Positions 47,952-60,629 of a DNA stretch of 64,000 nt are shown here, in pieces. The DNA is taken from assembly GCA_026026165.1 (NCBI GenBank), contig JAPEUD010000073.1, forward strand, positions 1 to 64,000, written 5' to 3'. This stretch comes from Sarea resinae. Lineage: Eukaryota. The position numbers were made by a program, and so were the translations under genes. Below the pieces are notes generated by a model. It saw nothing but the letters and a program-made list of their open reading frames with translations, did no database searches and was not told the origin of the DNA. The number at the start of each line of letters is the position of its first letter. Position 1 is the stretch's first letter.

Positions 47952-50380
47952 ATGGCAGATGGTCCCTACCGGTTCCAGCAGCCGGGAGCTGGGCAGTACT
48001 ATTTCACTCAACACAATCAACAGAACCACAATCAACGGCACCTACCGCGCAACGGTTCACCTATCAATACGGGGCGCGTAGGCTTCAATAACGACACTCC
48101 TTCTCCGTCACGCTCGCCCGGTCCCCAATCCCCAGCTCATAATCCATACGGCATGTACAATCAGAATCACCAGTCAGGCCAGCACGTTATGATGAATGGC
48201 GGGCCTAGTCACCAGCGATATGCCATGCAGATGAACTTGGCCCAGAAATACCAGCACCAAGGCCACCAGCAGCACCAGGGTCAGCAGCACCATCCTCAAC
48301 CACAACAGGATCACAATCCTCACCCTGGGAACGTTGGACATCAACACACCTTCTCATCTGGCGTCTTATCAAATGCTACCCCCCACTTCACCCCTAGCAA
48401 CTTACAAAATGGGACACCGAACAATGCGCAAGCCGGACTGAGCAAACCTGTCAGTGAACATTGGGCGCAGCAACTTCAACTCGCGGCAGAGTCCCGACAA
48501 GCAAGCTCACCTCATCATTATGCTCGGACAAATGCCCATGTTAACAAAGGTATTACTTCGACCAATGCCAATGGAGCAAAGAGAGATGGAGATAAGGAGG
48601 AGCGGAACCGGGCGCCTCACGGCAACGATTCGCGGCGGCAAGATTGGATGTCTTTGGACTTTGGTGGCCAGGGTCTTCGCGCATTGTCCGAGCCTTTATT
48701 CCATTACACCTTCCTCGATAAGCTATATCTAAACTTCAACAAGCTCACGCATCTACCTGCGGCCATTGGATCCCTAAGAAGCCTAAGCCATTTAGACATT
48801 TCGAGTAATCAGCTGAGCGAACTTCCTCCGGAAATTGGGATGTTGACGGGTTTAAAGAATCTTTTGCTATTCGATAATAACCTCCACACTCTTCCCGCTG
48901 AAATGGGTTCTCTATATCAGCTGGAAACGTTGGGTATCGAAGGAAATCCCATAGAAGAACCCTTGAAGAATGAAATCATACAAAGTGGGACGAAAGCTCT
49001 GATAACCCACTTACGAGAGCACGCACCTGGTCCGTCATCCCGCACAATCAATTTTTGCTTTCAGTCTACGGTGGCTTGATCCAATGTGAGAAACAGATGC
49101 TAATTTACGCTTAGTTCCGTTACCTCCCTCACAGCGAGACTGGATCGTTCTTGATGACACTCCTCCATCATCCTCTGGGCCGCCACCGGAGAAGTTCTCA
49201 GTGCTGACTTATAACACCTTATGTGACAAGTATGCAACGCAGACCCAATATGGATACACTCCAGCTCTGGCTCTTTCCTGGGATTATCGAAAGGACCTTA
49301 TTTTGCAAGAGATTCGGGAGCAGAATGCCGACTTCTTTTGCCAACAAGAGGTCGACGAACAAAATTTCGCCGAATTCTTCAGACCTCAGTTAGCGTACAA
49401 TGACTACAAAGGTATCTTCTGGCCAAGGCCGAGAGCGCGGACAATGGGAGAAAAGGAGGCCAAGCTGGTTGATGGTTGTGCTACGTTCTATAAGCACAGC
49501 AAGTAAGTGACTCAATTCGGTAGAATCTAAAAGTTCGCCGCTAACTCTTATTTCTAGGTACGTCCTGCTCGACAAGCAGTATGTCGACTTTGCCAATACT
49601 GCCATCAACCGACCAGACATGAGGGGAGAGCACGATATCTTCAATCGAGTGATGCCTCGAGACAATATTGGTGTCATCGCGTTCTTTGAAAATCGACTCA
49701 CCGGATCTAGAATCATCGTTGTCAACGCCCACCTTACCTGGGACCCGGCATTCAACGATGTGAAACTGGTTCAGGTCGCCATTCTAATGGAGCAAATTAC
49801 CAAATTAGCTACTGGATACACAAAAACGCCGCCTTGTACCGATAAGACTGCCTTCCGATTGTCGGACGATAGCGAAGCTAAGCCCGAACCCGAGGAGCCA
49901 CAGCCTGAGCCCGCCCCTTCTATGGAGTATTCGAATGCTTCTGACATACCTCTTGTCATATGCGGCGATTTCAATTCCAGTGTCGATTCTGCTGTCTATA
50001 ACCTTCTCGCTCATGGGTCGCTCCCCAATACGCACTCTGACCTCGCCAACCGAGCCTATGGAAATTTCACACGGGAGGGAATGGCCCATCCTTTTACCCT
50101 CAAATCCAGTTACGGGAATATGGGCGAGCTCACTTTTACCAATCACACTCCGGACTTCACCGATGTCATCGATTACATCTGGTACTCAACCAATAGTTTG
50201 CAAGTGACTGGACTACTTGGAGAAGTCGACAAAGAGTATCTACAGAGAGTGCCAGGGTTTCCGAACTATCATTTCCCGAGTGATCATCTGGCGCTGTTGG
50301 CGGAATTTATGGTTAAAGGGCGGAAAGAGAAGAAGGTTGTAGAGGCGGACTTTGGACCTCAGCGAGATCGACGGAACTAG
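47952..50380 (+). CDS. CCR4: CCR4-NOT deadenylase subunit Ccr4 (LRR + EEP nuclease)
   Basis: Exons 47952-49029, 49115-49502, 49558-50380. Q/H-rich N-terminus, LRRs (LDKLYLNFNKLTHLP), YNTLCDKYAT, CQQEVD, CGDFNS, IDYIWY, FPSDH. Confidence 0.96.
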
Positions 50381-51749
50381 ACGATTGTTAAAGCCTCTCA
50401 TGCGAAAAGACCTTACCATACGCTGATATCTTGCGGTGGTTCGCTATCTTGACCTCTGATTACCAGGCTATCTCAGCACGACATCTCTTGCACATACTCC
50501 GTTGGCTCGTGCACGTGCCTTCTTCGTTCTCGGGTTTCTATCCCTGTCTCGTTGACCCTTTTCCTGTGCTCTGCTTCTAAGTCCGAAGTCTTCGGGATGT
50601 GTTCACGCGATTTGTGATCTTCTTTGGAAAATCATACAGAAGGCGGCGCGGGTGGTTCTGATTATCTCGATATGCTGTTCTAAGGGAAACGGATGGGCAC
50701 GGTGTTTGGGTTCCGCCTCGCTTGCCTCTTAACTTCCAGCTGCCCGCCCGTCCTCCCACGTTCTCTGGTAGGCTGGGGCTGTGTTACTGGATGGAGTTGT
50801 CTGTCGGCAGTATTTTTCTTTCCAGTTATTTCTTTTTTGTTACCTTGTCTCTTTTCTCCCTCCCCCCCCCCCCTTTTCCCTCATCTGGTGCTTTCTAGTA
50901 CGTCTGTTTTTACCTTCTCTCTCACTCGTCGTTGCGTTCGCTGTCTTGTTAGTCTATTCTCTTCGTTCTTAGTAGGTAGTTCTTACAGGCCGTAGTTGGT
51001 CTGTCCGCCTCAAGCTTGAGAGGAACGCAATCATTTGCCTCCCTTCGACCTCGGTTCCACTTGATATTCATGTTGCCTACGATAAATGTGCTAGATCGTA
51101 TCCTACGCAATGCAGGGCTAGGAGAGACTTTAGCTGGCATATACAAAAAGGACCGGATCGCCTTGGCAAAGATGGTCAAGTTGTAAGTACTGTTTAGCTA
51201 CGAGCCAAGGCACCGCCGGCTGTTTCTTTTTTCTTTTTTACCATTTACACGGAAATTCAACAGCGAATTATCCATTAGTTGAAAGTTTGGCCACGTCATC
51301 CATAACTCTAGGCCGCCTTACAACATGAAAGCTAAAGGCGCGTAATATACAAGTCATGTCCTGTTTAGCCGTTGGTCTTGAAGAGACGAACCCAGCGGAT
51401 TGATGATGCCTCTAGAAATTTTCTGAGGAAACATCGAGCTCTAAGCTTGGCTTCTCGGTCGTCATTTGAGGATTGCCACTCTCCTAAGTCTAGCACTCTC
51501 TGTTGCTTGGACGCCTGCAAGGCCTTCTCTTAGTGATCAAAGTCACCAGAAGCGTGATACTGCTGTGTCGGCGCGAGGCCTCTGCACTGGGTCATTGTTC
51601 AGGACCCTTACCGAAAGATCGGCAAGGGGCGTGGAACTCGACTGCTGTAGCAATCTGTGGTGAGCCCCGCTCTTAGCCGTCTGTGGAGGTGCCACGCTCG
51701 AGTTTGGCAGAGCTGTGTACTTTCACTGCTGGCTCAAACGCTGAGGAAT

Positions 51750-52442
51750 TCAACCATCCTTGTCGAGATCCATGTTTTCGAAATCTCCATCCGCGCCGTT
51801 TGCACCGCCGCCTTCCTCTAATTTGCGGAGGAAGTGTCTCGCAGATTGCCATAGTTCTGCTTCCTTCTCCTGGCCCACCACGTCCTTTCTGCTATTTAGC
51901 CATCCCACATCCAAGTTGCCTAGTCCTCCCGCAGCTATAGCGTTTCGGTCTGGTACCGCTTGCGATGCAGACAAGCCTGCGCCAGGATTACCGGTGCTAG
52001 TGAAGCTAGAGAGAGTGCTGGTCAGCCCTTCCTTCGAGGGCGCATCGGCCGAGATGATGTTGGCTTCCTCGAGTGCGTAGATCTGACGCCGCAGTCGAAC
52101 GTTGATTGATGAGAGGAGCGAGAAGTATTCTGCCGTCGCCTTCGTGAAAGAAGCCTTCTGCGTTTCGAGGGTGGCTTGGGAGCTTTCCGTTTCCGTCTCT
52201 GTTCCCGTTTCCATGGCCGTCTGCGAAGACGTAGAGCTCGTGAGCGATTTGATCGCCGTGCCCGCAGACTGGAGCAGTGCGGTGATGTCCTATTGATCGA
52301 ATTTAATCCTGGAATGCCATGCCATCTATCGCGGGTTCACGGGAGACCAGGCGCATACCTTGTCTATGTCATTGAGCTGCTTGATCCGTTCGGCCGAAGT
52401 GAAGCGTTTGGTCTCGGTGGCGTTGAGCTTTTGGGACGCCAT
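51750..52442 (-). CDS. MED11: Mediator subunit Med11
   Basis: Exons 52442-52359, 52289-51750. FTSAERIKQLNDIDKDITALLQSAG..YFSLLSSINVRLRRQIYALEE..GNLDVGWLNSR..EAELW. Confidence 0.85.
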
Positions 52443-52849
52443 TGCAAAGCGATCGATCCCTCGACGATGTCGATGAGCTCGGTGACCTCGACGACTTCGA
52501 CGACTTCAACGACTTCAACGACCTGGATGGGAGCGGAATGAACAATTAGAGTTGCGTCGATCTGCAGCCTTCTGAGCTCTCTTGGGAAGGGAAGAGGTAC
52601 AAGGCCGTAAACGGTCTAGTGCGATATCAAACTCCCCCAGAACATCTGTCGACACCCATCGGGGGAGATGCTCAGACCTCATCTCGATGCAGGAGAGAGC
52701 CGTACGAGATCGTCCAAATGTATGAGATGCACGAGAGGACATGACATGCACGACTGCACTTTTCGTTGATCCATCCCTTTGCACCGCCCCGTCCGTCAAA
52801 CTTGCCGCGCATATTCGCGCCGTCGAGCTGGTCCCCGCCGAGCATCCAG

Positions 52850-55800
52850 ATGTCTGGCCAACCGCCTGGCGGACCGGCGCCGCCAGGCCCACGAAGCGCA
52901 AGTAATGGGCCTCCAAATGCTGCGGGTCCGACGATGCCACCGCAACACCAGCAACACCAGCACCAGCCACAGCCACCGCAATCGCAACCGCAGCATCAGC
53001 AACACCAGCACCAGCAACCGCCGGTGCCGCCACCACCGCAGTCGGCTGGCACTCCCGTCGGGGGTGGCCCGTCGGGAGGGTCCCAGACTGGAAACATCTC
53101 GCAGCAGAATCTAAATAGCATTGTAAGAGCGCTTCTGCCTTATTCAGTCACGAGTCTTGCGTTGTTGTATAGTTTCGTTTGCCTTCCTTCTCCTTATGCA
53201 CCCAGCTCATTATCCTTACTTTCCTCCTGATCATTATTGGGCATTGTAAATGCTGTAAACGTGCTCCACTGCAAGCCTGATCCCACTCTTCACGGTCTTG
53301 GCCAAAAATATGGTATCAATGTTTTACAAAGGAAAGGCTCTACCCGGAGACCAGGATTCCTCGTTGCAAGCAACATGCCTCGAAGATATTACACCCCCTC
53401 AACTATGGCGCCACCCAGGAGCCCCATCAACCGCTCCGAACAGTAACAGCACAGCTGCAAACCTGTGGGGGGGAGGGAAGGGGGCTTGGTTTTTCAGAAG
53501 AAGCCAGACCCGGCCAGAAGGACTCTCCTGAAAATGCCGCAGCATTCACTCTCGACCGCTCGCTCGAAAGCTCTCGCCTCGCTGGGCCGTCCGCAGCTCA
53601 AAAGGACAGCATAGAGGCGGCTTCACACATTGTCTGCGGTGGCCAAGTACGCAGCAATGCTGAGGAGGCTCGAATCAACAGCAACTAGCTGAGGATTCAC
53701 TGATCCCCTCGACTGCGAGCACGAAATCTACGGTCACTCTTACTGGAAGCATTGACATCTATCCACGAGAGGTCTCAGATCATTTCACGAAAGGCAGTCA
53801 TTCTCGTCTGGTCCCACTGGAGCTCAACCACAATTGCCAGAGCCAGATTTCACAGCACCATCCACCTCACATCCGCACGAAGTCGCCGATATGGGGGACC
53901 GGCTTCGTGAACTACGTGCCCAGCACAATGTGCAGGCCCAACAAAGAGCCGTCGTACGGATTGCGAGTTCCATTACACTCAGTTCTTTCCTGCTTCAGCC
54001 TGTATCGTGTTCCATCTTAACTGTTCTTCCGTCTTTCATCTCAACCTCTCACTCATGCGCCGGTTCTTGCTTCCCGGCAATCGTTCATCTCCGAGTCTTG
54101 CTGACTTCTCACGAAACTGAACAGGTGATCGAGTATTTGTCAAAGAAGGGCTACAGCCGCACCGAAGCTATGCTCAGAATGGAATCAGCCAATCAAGATG
54201 CTGAAGGACGGCCGATTCATTCTAGAATTGAGGAAAGCGGTGGTGACAAGTATCTTCGAGCCTTCGGTGAGCGATGCACTTTCCTCTGAGTTCTTACGGC
54301 CAATACCATGACTTCAACAGCGTATCATTTTACATGTCACGAACTAACCTCCATTTTAGGTATCACTCGAAACTGGATCGATGATAACCTTGACATCTAC
54401 AAAGTGAGTGGCTTTGTCGCCCTCGATTATAGACGCTCGCTGACTCTGTCAGCCCGAACTCAAACGATTACTATGGCCACTCTTTGTCTACTCGTTCCTC
54501 AATCTTGCCCTTGACTGCTATCCACGAGAGTGCGAGAGATTTTTCCTGACTTACCGGGACATTTTCACTCGAGAGCATGGTGAAGATGTTCGCGCACTTG
54601 GGCCCATCCGCCTCCCGGAGCACGTCCACAGTAACGAGATTGCGAAGATCTACCGTGGCAACAAGTATAGGCTCACTCTCAGTACCGTGGCCTTCTACAA
54701 CCTCATCACGTTCCTGGAGTCCAAGGAAAAGGAAGGCGGAGCAGTTATTGTCGGTGTTATTCAGAATCACTGCAACGTCATTACAGTTGACCGAGGCGCT
54801 GCTGGCGATGGACGTCTCGCATCACTTCTTAGAAAGGGGCAAGGCGAGGACGATATTCCGGCCGAGGATGAGGGCATTCCGGGTCATAATCCCGGCTCAG
54901 CGAATACCGACAAGAATGCACCTGCTATTCTACCGAAGCTACGGCTGGATGCTTTACCCATGGAACCGGAACTTCTCGGAGACGTGCAGGCTGAACTCGA
55001 AGAAGAGGATGCAAAGAATCCGCCTGTAGAAGGACAGAACTCGCTTGTGCAGGAGTTTGATCGTCATATCAAGCGAGAGGAGAGTGAGGATGCACCACGT
55101 CGCGAGGACGTCCCATTGCCACCATCAGTCGCCCGAGACGTCACCATGGAGGTTCTCAAGGTCAAAGAAAATCGCGACCGATTTCAAATTCCAGGTAGAA
55201 CGGGTGGGGTTGGGCCGGGTGTCAGCATCACAATGTTCACCTTTCACAACACGCATGACAGGTAAGTCTCATCGTCAAAAGATGCGATGGCTCGGCCTGC
55301 GCTCATACTGTGTTCTAGCATCAATTGCCTTGACTTCTCTCAAGACAACGTACTTGTGGCGGCCGGCATGGAGGAATCTTACATACGAGTTTGGAATCTC
55401 GAAGGCAAGCCAATAACTTCGATTGTCCCTACAAGTGCTCTCAACCCGCAGCCATCCGCATCGCGCCGTCTGGTTGGGCACGCCGGCCCTGTCTATGCCG
55501 TGTCCTTCTCCCCGTCAATTGCCAATCCGGACCCGTCCGGCCCCTCTACGGCACCTCGCTTCCTACTTTCCTCATCTGCCGATAAGACAGTCCGCATCTG
55601 GTCACTCGAGACCTGGACCAATGTCGTCGTCTACAAAGGCCATGATCATCCCGTTTGGGACGTCACATGGGGTCCGTACGGGCACTACTTCCTAACGGGC
55701 TCTCACGACAAAACGGCTCGTCTCTGGAGCACGGCTCACATCTCGTCGCTGCGCATCTTCGCCGGCCATGACCAGGACGTCGACACCGTCTGCTTCCACC

Positions 55801-56486
55801 CGAACTCGGCCTACGTCTTCACGGGCAGCTCGGACAAGTCCGTCCGCATGTGGGCCGTCACGACCGGCAACGCGGTCCGCCTCTTCACCGGCCACACGGG
55901 CAACGTCACGTCGATGGCGTGCAGCCCGGACGGCAAGACGCTCGCCTCGGCCGACGACGCCGGCTCCATCTTCCTCTGGGACCTGGCCTCGGGCCGCCGC
56001 ACCAAGCGCATGCGCGGCCACGGCAAAGGCGGCATCTGGAGTCTGAGCTGGAGCGTCGAGTCCACGGCTCTCGTGTCCGGCGGCGCCGATGGCACCGTGC
56101 GCGTTTGGGACGTGCTCGTCGCGACTGAAGGCCAGCCTGCCAACGCTCAGGGCAAGATCATCGCCGAGGGTGGTGCGGGGACCAAAATCGATGGTGGTGG
56201 TGGTGGTGGTGGCGCCGCCGGTGCTGCTAGTGGTGGCGGCAGCGGCAGTGGTGGTGGGGCTGGGAGTGCTGGTGCTGGTGCTGGTGCTACTACTACTAAT
56301 GCGGCTGGGACCCAAGGAGGCGCTGGAGGAGCTGGTGGGGCTGGTGGCGGCGGCAAACGAAAGGGAAAGGAAGTCGTCGTCACTCCGGATCAGATCAGTG
56401 CTTTTCCGACCAAGAAGAGCCCGGTCTATCGCGTGAGATTCACGAGGCAGAATCTGGTATTGGCCGGAGGTGCCTATTTGCCGTGA
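52850..56486 (+). CDS. TAF5: TFIID/SAGA subunit Taf5
   Basis: Exons 52850-53122, 54125-54266, 54360-54403, 54453-55261, 55319-56486. LisH SQQNLNSI|VIEYLSKKGYSRTEAMLR, NTD2 LLWPLFVYSFL, WD40 repeats, C-terminal FPTKKSPVYRVRFTRQNL. Confidence 0.95.
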
Positions 56487-57117
56487 AGGCGGCGCGGGAT
56501 CTGCGCGAAATCTACTTTGCGCTGGGGATTTTTCATGCCGAGGGCGTAGAAGAGTTGGCTATGATGGATTTCGCCTTCAAACTTACGGGGACTGGGGAGT
56601 TTTTTTCGGGGGATGAGTCCACTGTTTGCTATCATGGGGTCAGCTAGCTCTCTCTATCTCACATAATCAAGAGCCTATTGAATCCTCGTTGTGCCTTGAA
56701 TTCTCATTTCTCATCTATGCTAGTTATTGAGAGCTGACCGGCACCTTGACTTGAATGGTAAGAACAATGATTCATGGCTAGTGGTTTCTCATAAGAGGCT
56801 CTTTGATGGGCTACTAAGCAACGTGTCGGCGTAGGGTATGAAAACGGTCCGCTTTACAAATTTCGAGGGTCACTGTTGTGGGTAAGGAGGTTTGACAGCC
56901 TGCTTCGTATTTGCCGCAGTCTCAAACCATCAGTTTCTAGAGCATCTAGGACATCTCCTGACTACGGGCATCGCGTAAACTATCATGATCAGTAGGCTAT
57001 GAGGTTGCCTTGAGGGTGGGGATTCGAAACTCTGCAAATCTATCTTCCATCTACCGAAGCACCTTCCATTAATTCGTAATTCATTTGAGGGAGATGAAAG
57101 TTATCTAAAACTTTCAT

Positions 57118-57828
57118 CTAGAAGACATCCTCCGGGTTGACCTTGTGATCTTCCCCATGCTCCCGAATGTGCTTCAGTGTCTTGTCCCGGGCAAGCGGCT
57201 TGCGCATATCAAAAGCATCCTCCGAGTCTGACTTGCCCGTTGGGTCGTCGCTGTAGTAACCGACTACACGCCGGAAGATGCTGTACCTAGACGTCGAAAT
57301 GCTCAGAACACTGAAGCTGTATTCACGGAAAAGTATGGAATCCTTACCCCATGCCACTATACAGGGTTTGAGCGACCTTGTTGCTCTCACGAACAAACAG
57401 ATCCACAAACCAGGCATTGTACTCATCGCCCGCCCTCTCCAGGCTCACCGAGAGAGTCTTGGCGAGGCCTTGACGGCGGGCAGAAGGTGCGACGGTCAAG
57501 GCGGTGATGTGCGCGTGCCAGGGAAGGGCGTGTTCGGAATGCTGCAGTGCCGGAGGTGAGGATTCCAGTTTGCCCATGACTGTCGGGATGATTGCGTCTT
57601 GTCAGCGGATCAAAAGCAGTGCAGTGGCTAAGGTAATGTAGGTTGGACGAGGGACATACTGTAGCCATTGATTCTGCCATCGGGGCCTTCACTGACGTTG
57701 AAGAGGCGCGGCCAGCGAGCAAGGTAGGAGAAGTAAAAGTCGATGCCATAATTCTCGGTCAGGGTGTCGAGATTCGTGAGGTTGAATTCGAAGAGATCGC
57801 AAGGGTGAAAGGGCCGGATGGCTGACAT
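57118..57828 (-). CDS. NAT3: NatB N-terminal acetyltransferase catalytic subunit (Nat3/Naa20)
   Basis: Exons 57828-57660, 57579-57348, 57286-57118. NLDTLTENY, WHAHITALTVAP, FVDLFVRESN, YSIFRRVVGYY, EDAFDMRK. Confidence 0.94.
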
Positions 57829-58927
57829 GGTGGTGGTGGGCGTGGTGAGAGAGGTGTAGGTAGGTAGGTAGAAGTGGGGGGAGGGAGGGAGGGAGGGAGG
57901 GAGGGAGGGAGGGGATTGTGATGCTTTTCGAGATACTGAGAGCTTCTTCGTCGACGGTGTGAATGAGTGAATGAATGAATAATTGAATTGAACAGTGGCG
58001 CTGTGATGAGAAGAAGAATGACGATAGAATTCACTTGATATTTGGGTATTTGGAGATCTTGATGGGATCCATATCTCAATCAATGCCTTCCTACCATGTA
58101 CCGACTGTTCGGTGTCAGGTACTGGGTACAGTGTATACTGCGTACCAGGTAGGTAAGACCGTCGACCGCAGGCCGTTGACCGTAGACGGCAGACCGTACC
58201 GTAGACGCATACTGCAGACGCAGTACCTGCATCAACACCGCTCTCTCCGCTCTAAATCAACAACAGCCAGCGCAGCTCAACCACCTCATTCTCTCCTTCT
58301 TCCTTCTCTTCTTTTCTCCTTCTCCATTCTCCCTTCTCCCTCCTCCCTTGTCCCTTCTCCTCTTCCTCTTCCTCTTTTGCCTTTCTCCCTTCCGCTCTTC
58401 TTTTGCTGTTCATTCCTTTAGAGATTACCCTCGTCCTCGATCGTCAATCATATCGCATCCAATTGGCCGGCCGTGCAGTCGTCGTTACGAGCTGTGTCCG
58501 TTCTCACGTCATACCCTGCGAAACGTAAAGCCCCGGAGGTGCCTCGTCTACCAAAAGGCCAGCGAATGTCTAGAGACCCCGCGCTATCATCGGCCTCTGT
58601 CTTATAGAGATATCGAGCTCTTTGCTTGATTGAGTTGCGACGTAGTTGATCTCGTGTTGAAAGCGATCATCCAGAACAATTCGCAAACACGATTACACTG
58701 CTACCGAGAGCCCCTGGTCACTCCTTCCGCAGCAGGAGCCCCGACTCGATCGGGAAGACTCGAACAGCAGCCACGGATAGCATCAACGCATACAGAGGAG
58801 GAACTACCCAATAGGGACCATCAACGGTTTTTAGAACTTGGTGGATCTGTGGCCAGATCCCTTCTATCTCGTCTGCCAAGGCGATTCAAGCACGAAAACG
58901 ATACAGTCTCGTCCAATCGCCGACACC

Positions 58928-60241
58928 ATGCCTACATCACCAACCACGCCAACGCACGGGCGACGGCCCTCAAACGTTGACCTCTCTTTCGCCTCCCCGA
59001 GCCACTTTGATTCGCACAGCCGGAAATCGTCCCTACATTCTCCCGTCACGCCTCGCCCAGGCTCGTCACAAGCCATGAGCGGCTTCACAGGAATGCAGAA
59101 TGACTTTGCCAGTCCGAATGACGGAGGAGGTAACGGGCTGGGAAGCCTAGCGGATGAATTGGCAGACGCTTGGGACGAGGATGAAGAAGGCGATGAGGGG
59201 GACGGCGAAGGGGAAGGCGACGAAGCTGATGAAGGAGATCCCCACGGCCTCCAGCGCGACGAGCTAGACGGAATGAACGACAGCGGCGGAGTGGAGACGC
59301 CATCACGACGGGGAATGTTACCGTCTGGCCGAGCGGGCTCCATCTCGTCGCCAACACCGCACAAAGCGCACAGGGAGTCGGTCGACTCGCCCAACGAGCC
59401 CATCCGGGCAAGACATAGTCGGAAAGCTTCGCGTTATGATGGATCCGATTACGGCCACGAGTCCGACCTTGACGAGGCCGCTGATATCCCTTCAACTCTG
59501 GAAGCGCGCATGGCGGCTATTGAGAGTCTGGCAAGGCGCGGCACCGAAGAAAATGGGGGTGAGGCCGATGGGGTGGTAGGACGGCTGGTAGAAGGGCTCA
59601 GGGACCTTGGCGGACAGGCTGGGGTCGAGGGAGGTGCTACGAGGTATTTGTCATTCAGTGCCCACATCATCGACTTCAATCCAACCGCGAAGGTTGTCCG
59701 AACGCTGACACTCATGGCTCTCTTTCACAGGCTCATCACAGCCCATACGGCGTTGTCGACGCATCTGGCCCACCAGACACGTACACTCCACTCTCGCACA
59801 TTTCCCCTCCTCTCCCCACTGTCTATAGGCCCAGATCCAGAGTGCATTGACGAACTCCTCCCTCTCATCACGGCCGCGGCCGCCATGATCCCACAGCCCT
59901 CCACTTCAGCCCTGACTTCGCTCTCACAGCTCTCAAGCTTAACGAGCGATCTCGTCCAGACGCTCAACTACCTGTCCGACTCCTTGCACATGTCGAGGCA
60001 GACGACGACAACGGCAACGCGTCGCTTGCGGAGTGCCAGGGAGCTTGTAGCCGAGATGCGCAAGGAAACAGAGGCTAAAGAGGAGGGCGTGCGGTGGATT
60101 GAGAAGGGCCGGTGGCAGACCCGGTTGGGCGAGAGGGAGTGTGCTGGGGTCTGCAGGGAGGTCGTGGGCGGGTTTGAGGAGGTCTGTCAAGGTTGGAGAG
60201 ACCGACTTGCTTCGGGGGCCGAGTTGAGTGCTGCTCGATAG
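58928..60241 (+). CDS. Hypothetical protein, probably conserved in fungi (disordered acidic N-terminus, helical C-terminus)
   Basis: Exons 58928-59643, 59731-60241 (87-nt in-frame GT-AG intron with GCTGAC branch). Protein-like blocks GLGSLADELADAW, LEARMAAIESLARRG, LVQTLNYLSDSLHMSRQ, CREVVGGFEEVC. No named domain recognised. Confidence 0.75.
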   Translation: MPTSPTTPTHGRRPSNVDLSFASPSHFDSHSRKSSLHSPVTPRPGSSQAMSGFTGMQNDFASPNDGGGNGLGSLADELADAWDEDEEGDEGDGEGEGDEADEGDPHGLQRDELDGMNDSGGVETPSRRGMLPSGRAGSISSPTPHKAHRESVDSPNEPIRARHSRKASRYDGSDYGHESDLDEAADIPSTLEARMAAIESLARRGTEENGGEADGVVGRLVEGLRDLGGQAGVEGGATRYLSFSAHIIDFNPTAKVVRTLTLMALFHRLITAHTALSTHLAHQTRTLHSRTFPLLSPLSIGPDPECIDELLPLITAAAAMIPQPSTSALTSLSQLSSLTSDLVQTLNYLSDSLHMSRQTTTTATRRLRSARELVAEMRKETEAKEEGVRWIEKGRWQTRLGERECAGVCREVVGGFEEVCQGWRDRLASGAELSAAR

Positions 60242-60629
60242 AGCAGTCCATTTCTGCTCGTCTACTTTTTCTATATCTTCTGTCTTCACGCATACATCCT
60301 TTTACGATGGTTTTGGGCCGTGTCATGAGTGGTATCGCTGTTTACTAGCATTTGGGGGGTTTTCATGATTCCTGTTGGCAGTAGCCTCTGCACATTTTTA
60401 CTCGCCCATAGAACGCGATAAGAGCAATTGGAATGTATTAGCGGGAACTCGCAAATCTCCACTGCCCTAAGATAACAGCCTCGAAAACTTCACGACCATA
60501 GTTAAAGATTGTTGCTCGAGAAAAAGAAGATGCGCGCAATAACATGTAGATGGATAGCAGAAAAGCGTATCCCTCTCCAACGCAATAGAAGGGCAGATTC
60601 TGAAATACTCCCACGTAGAAGGTGAAAGC

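Noticed and set aside
51400..51426. TGATGA...CTGA as a C/D snoRNA
   Set aside because: The boxes are only about 16 nt apart and I recognised no rRNA guide.
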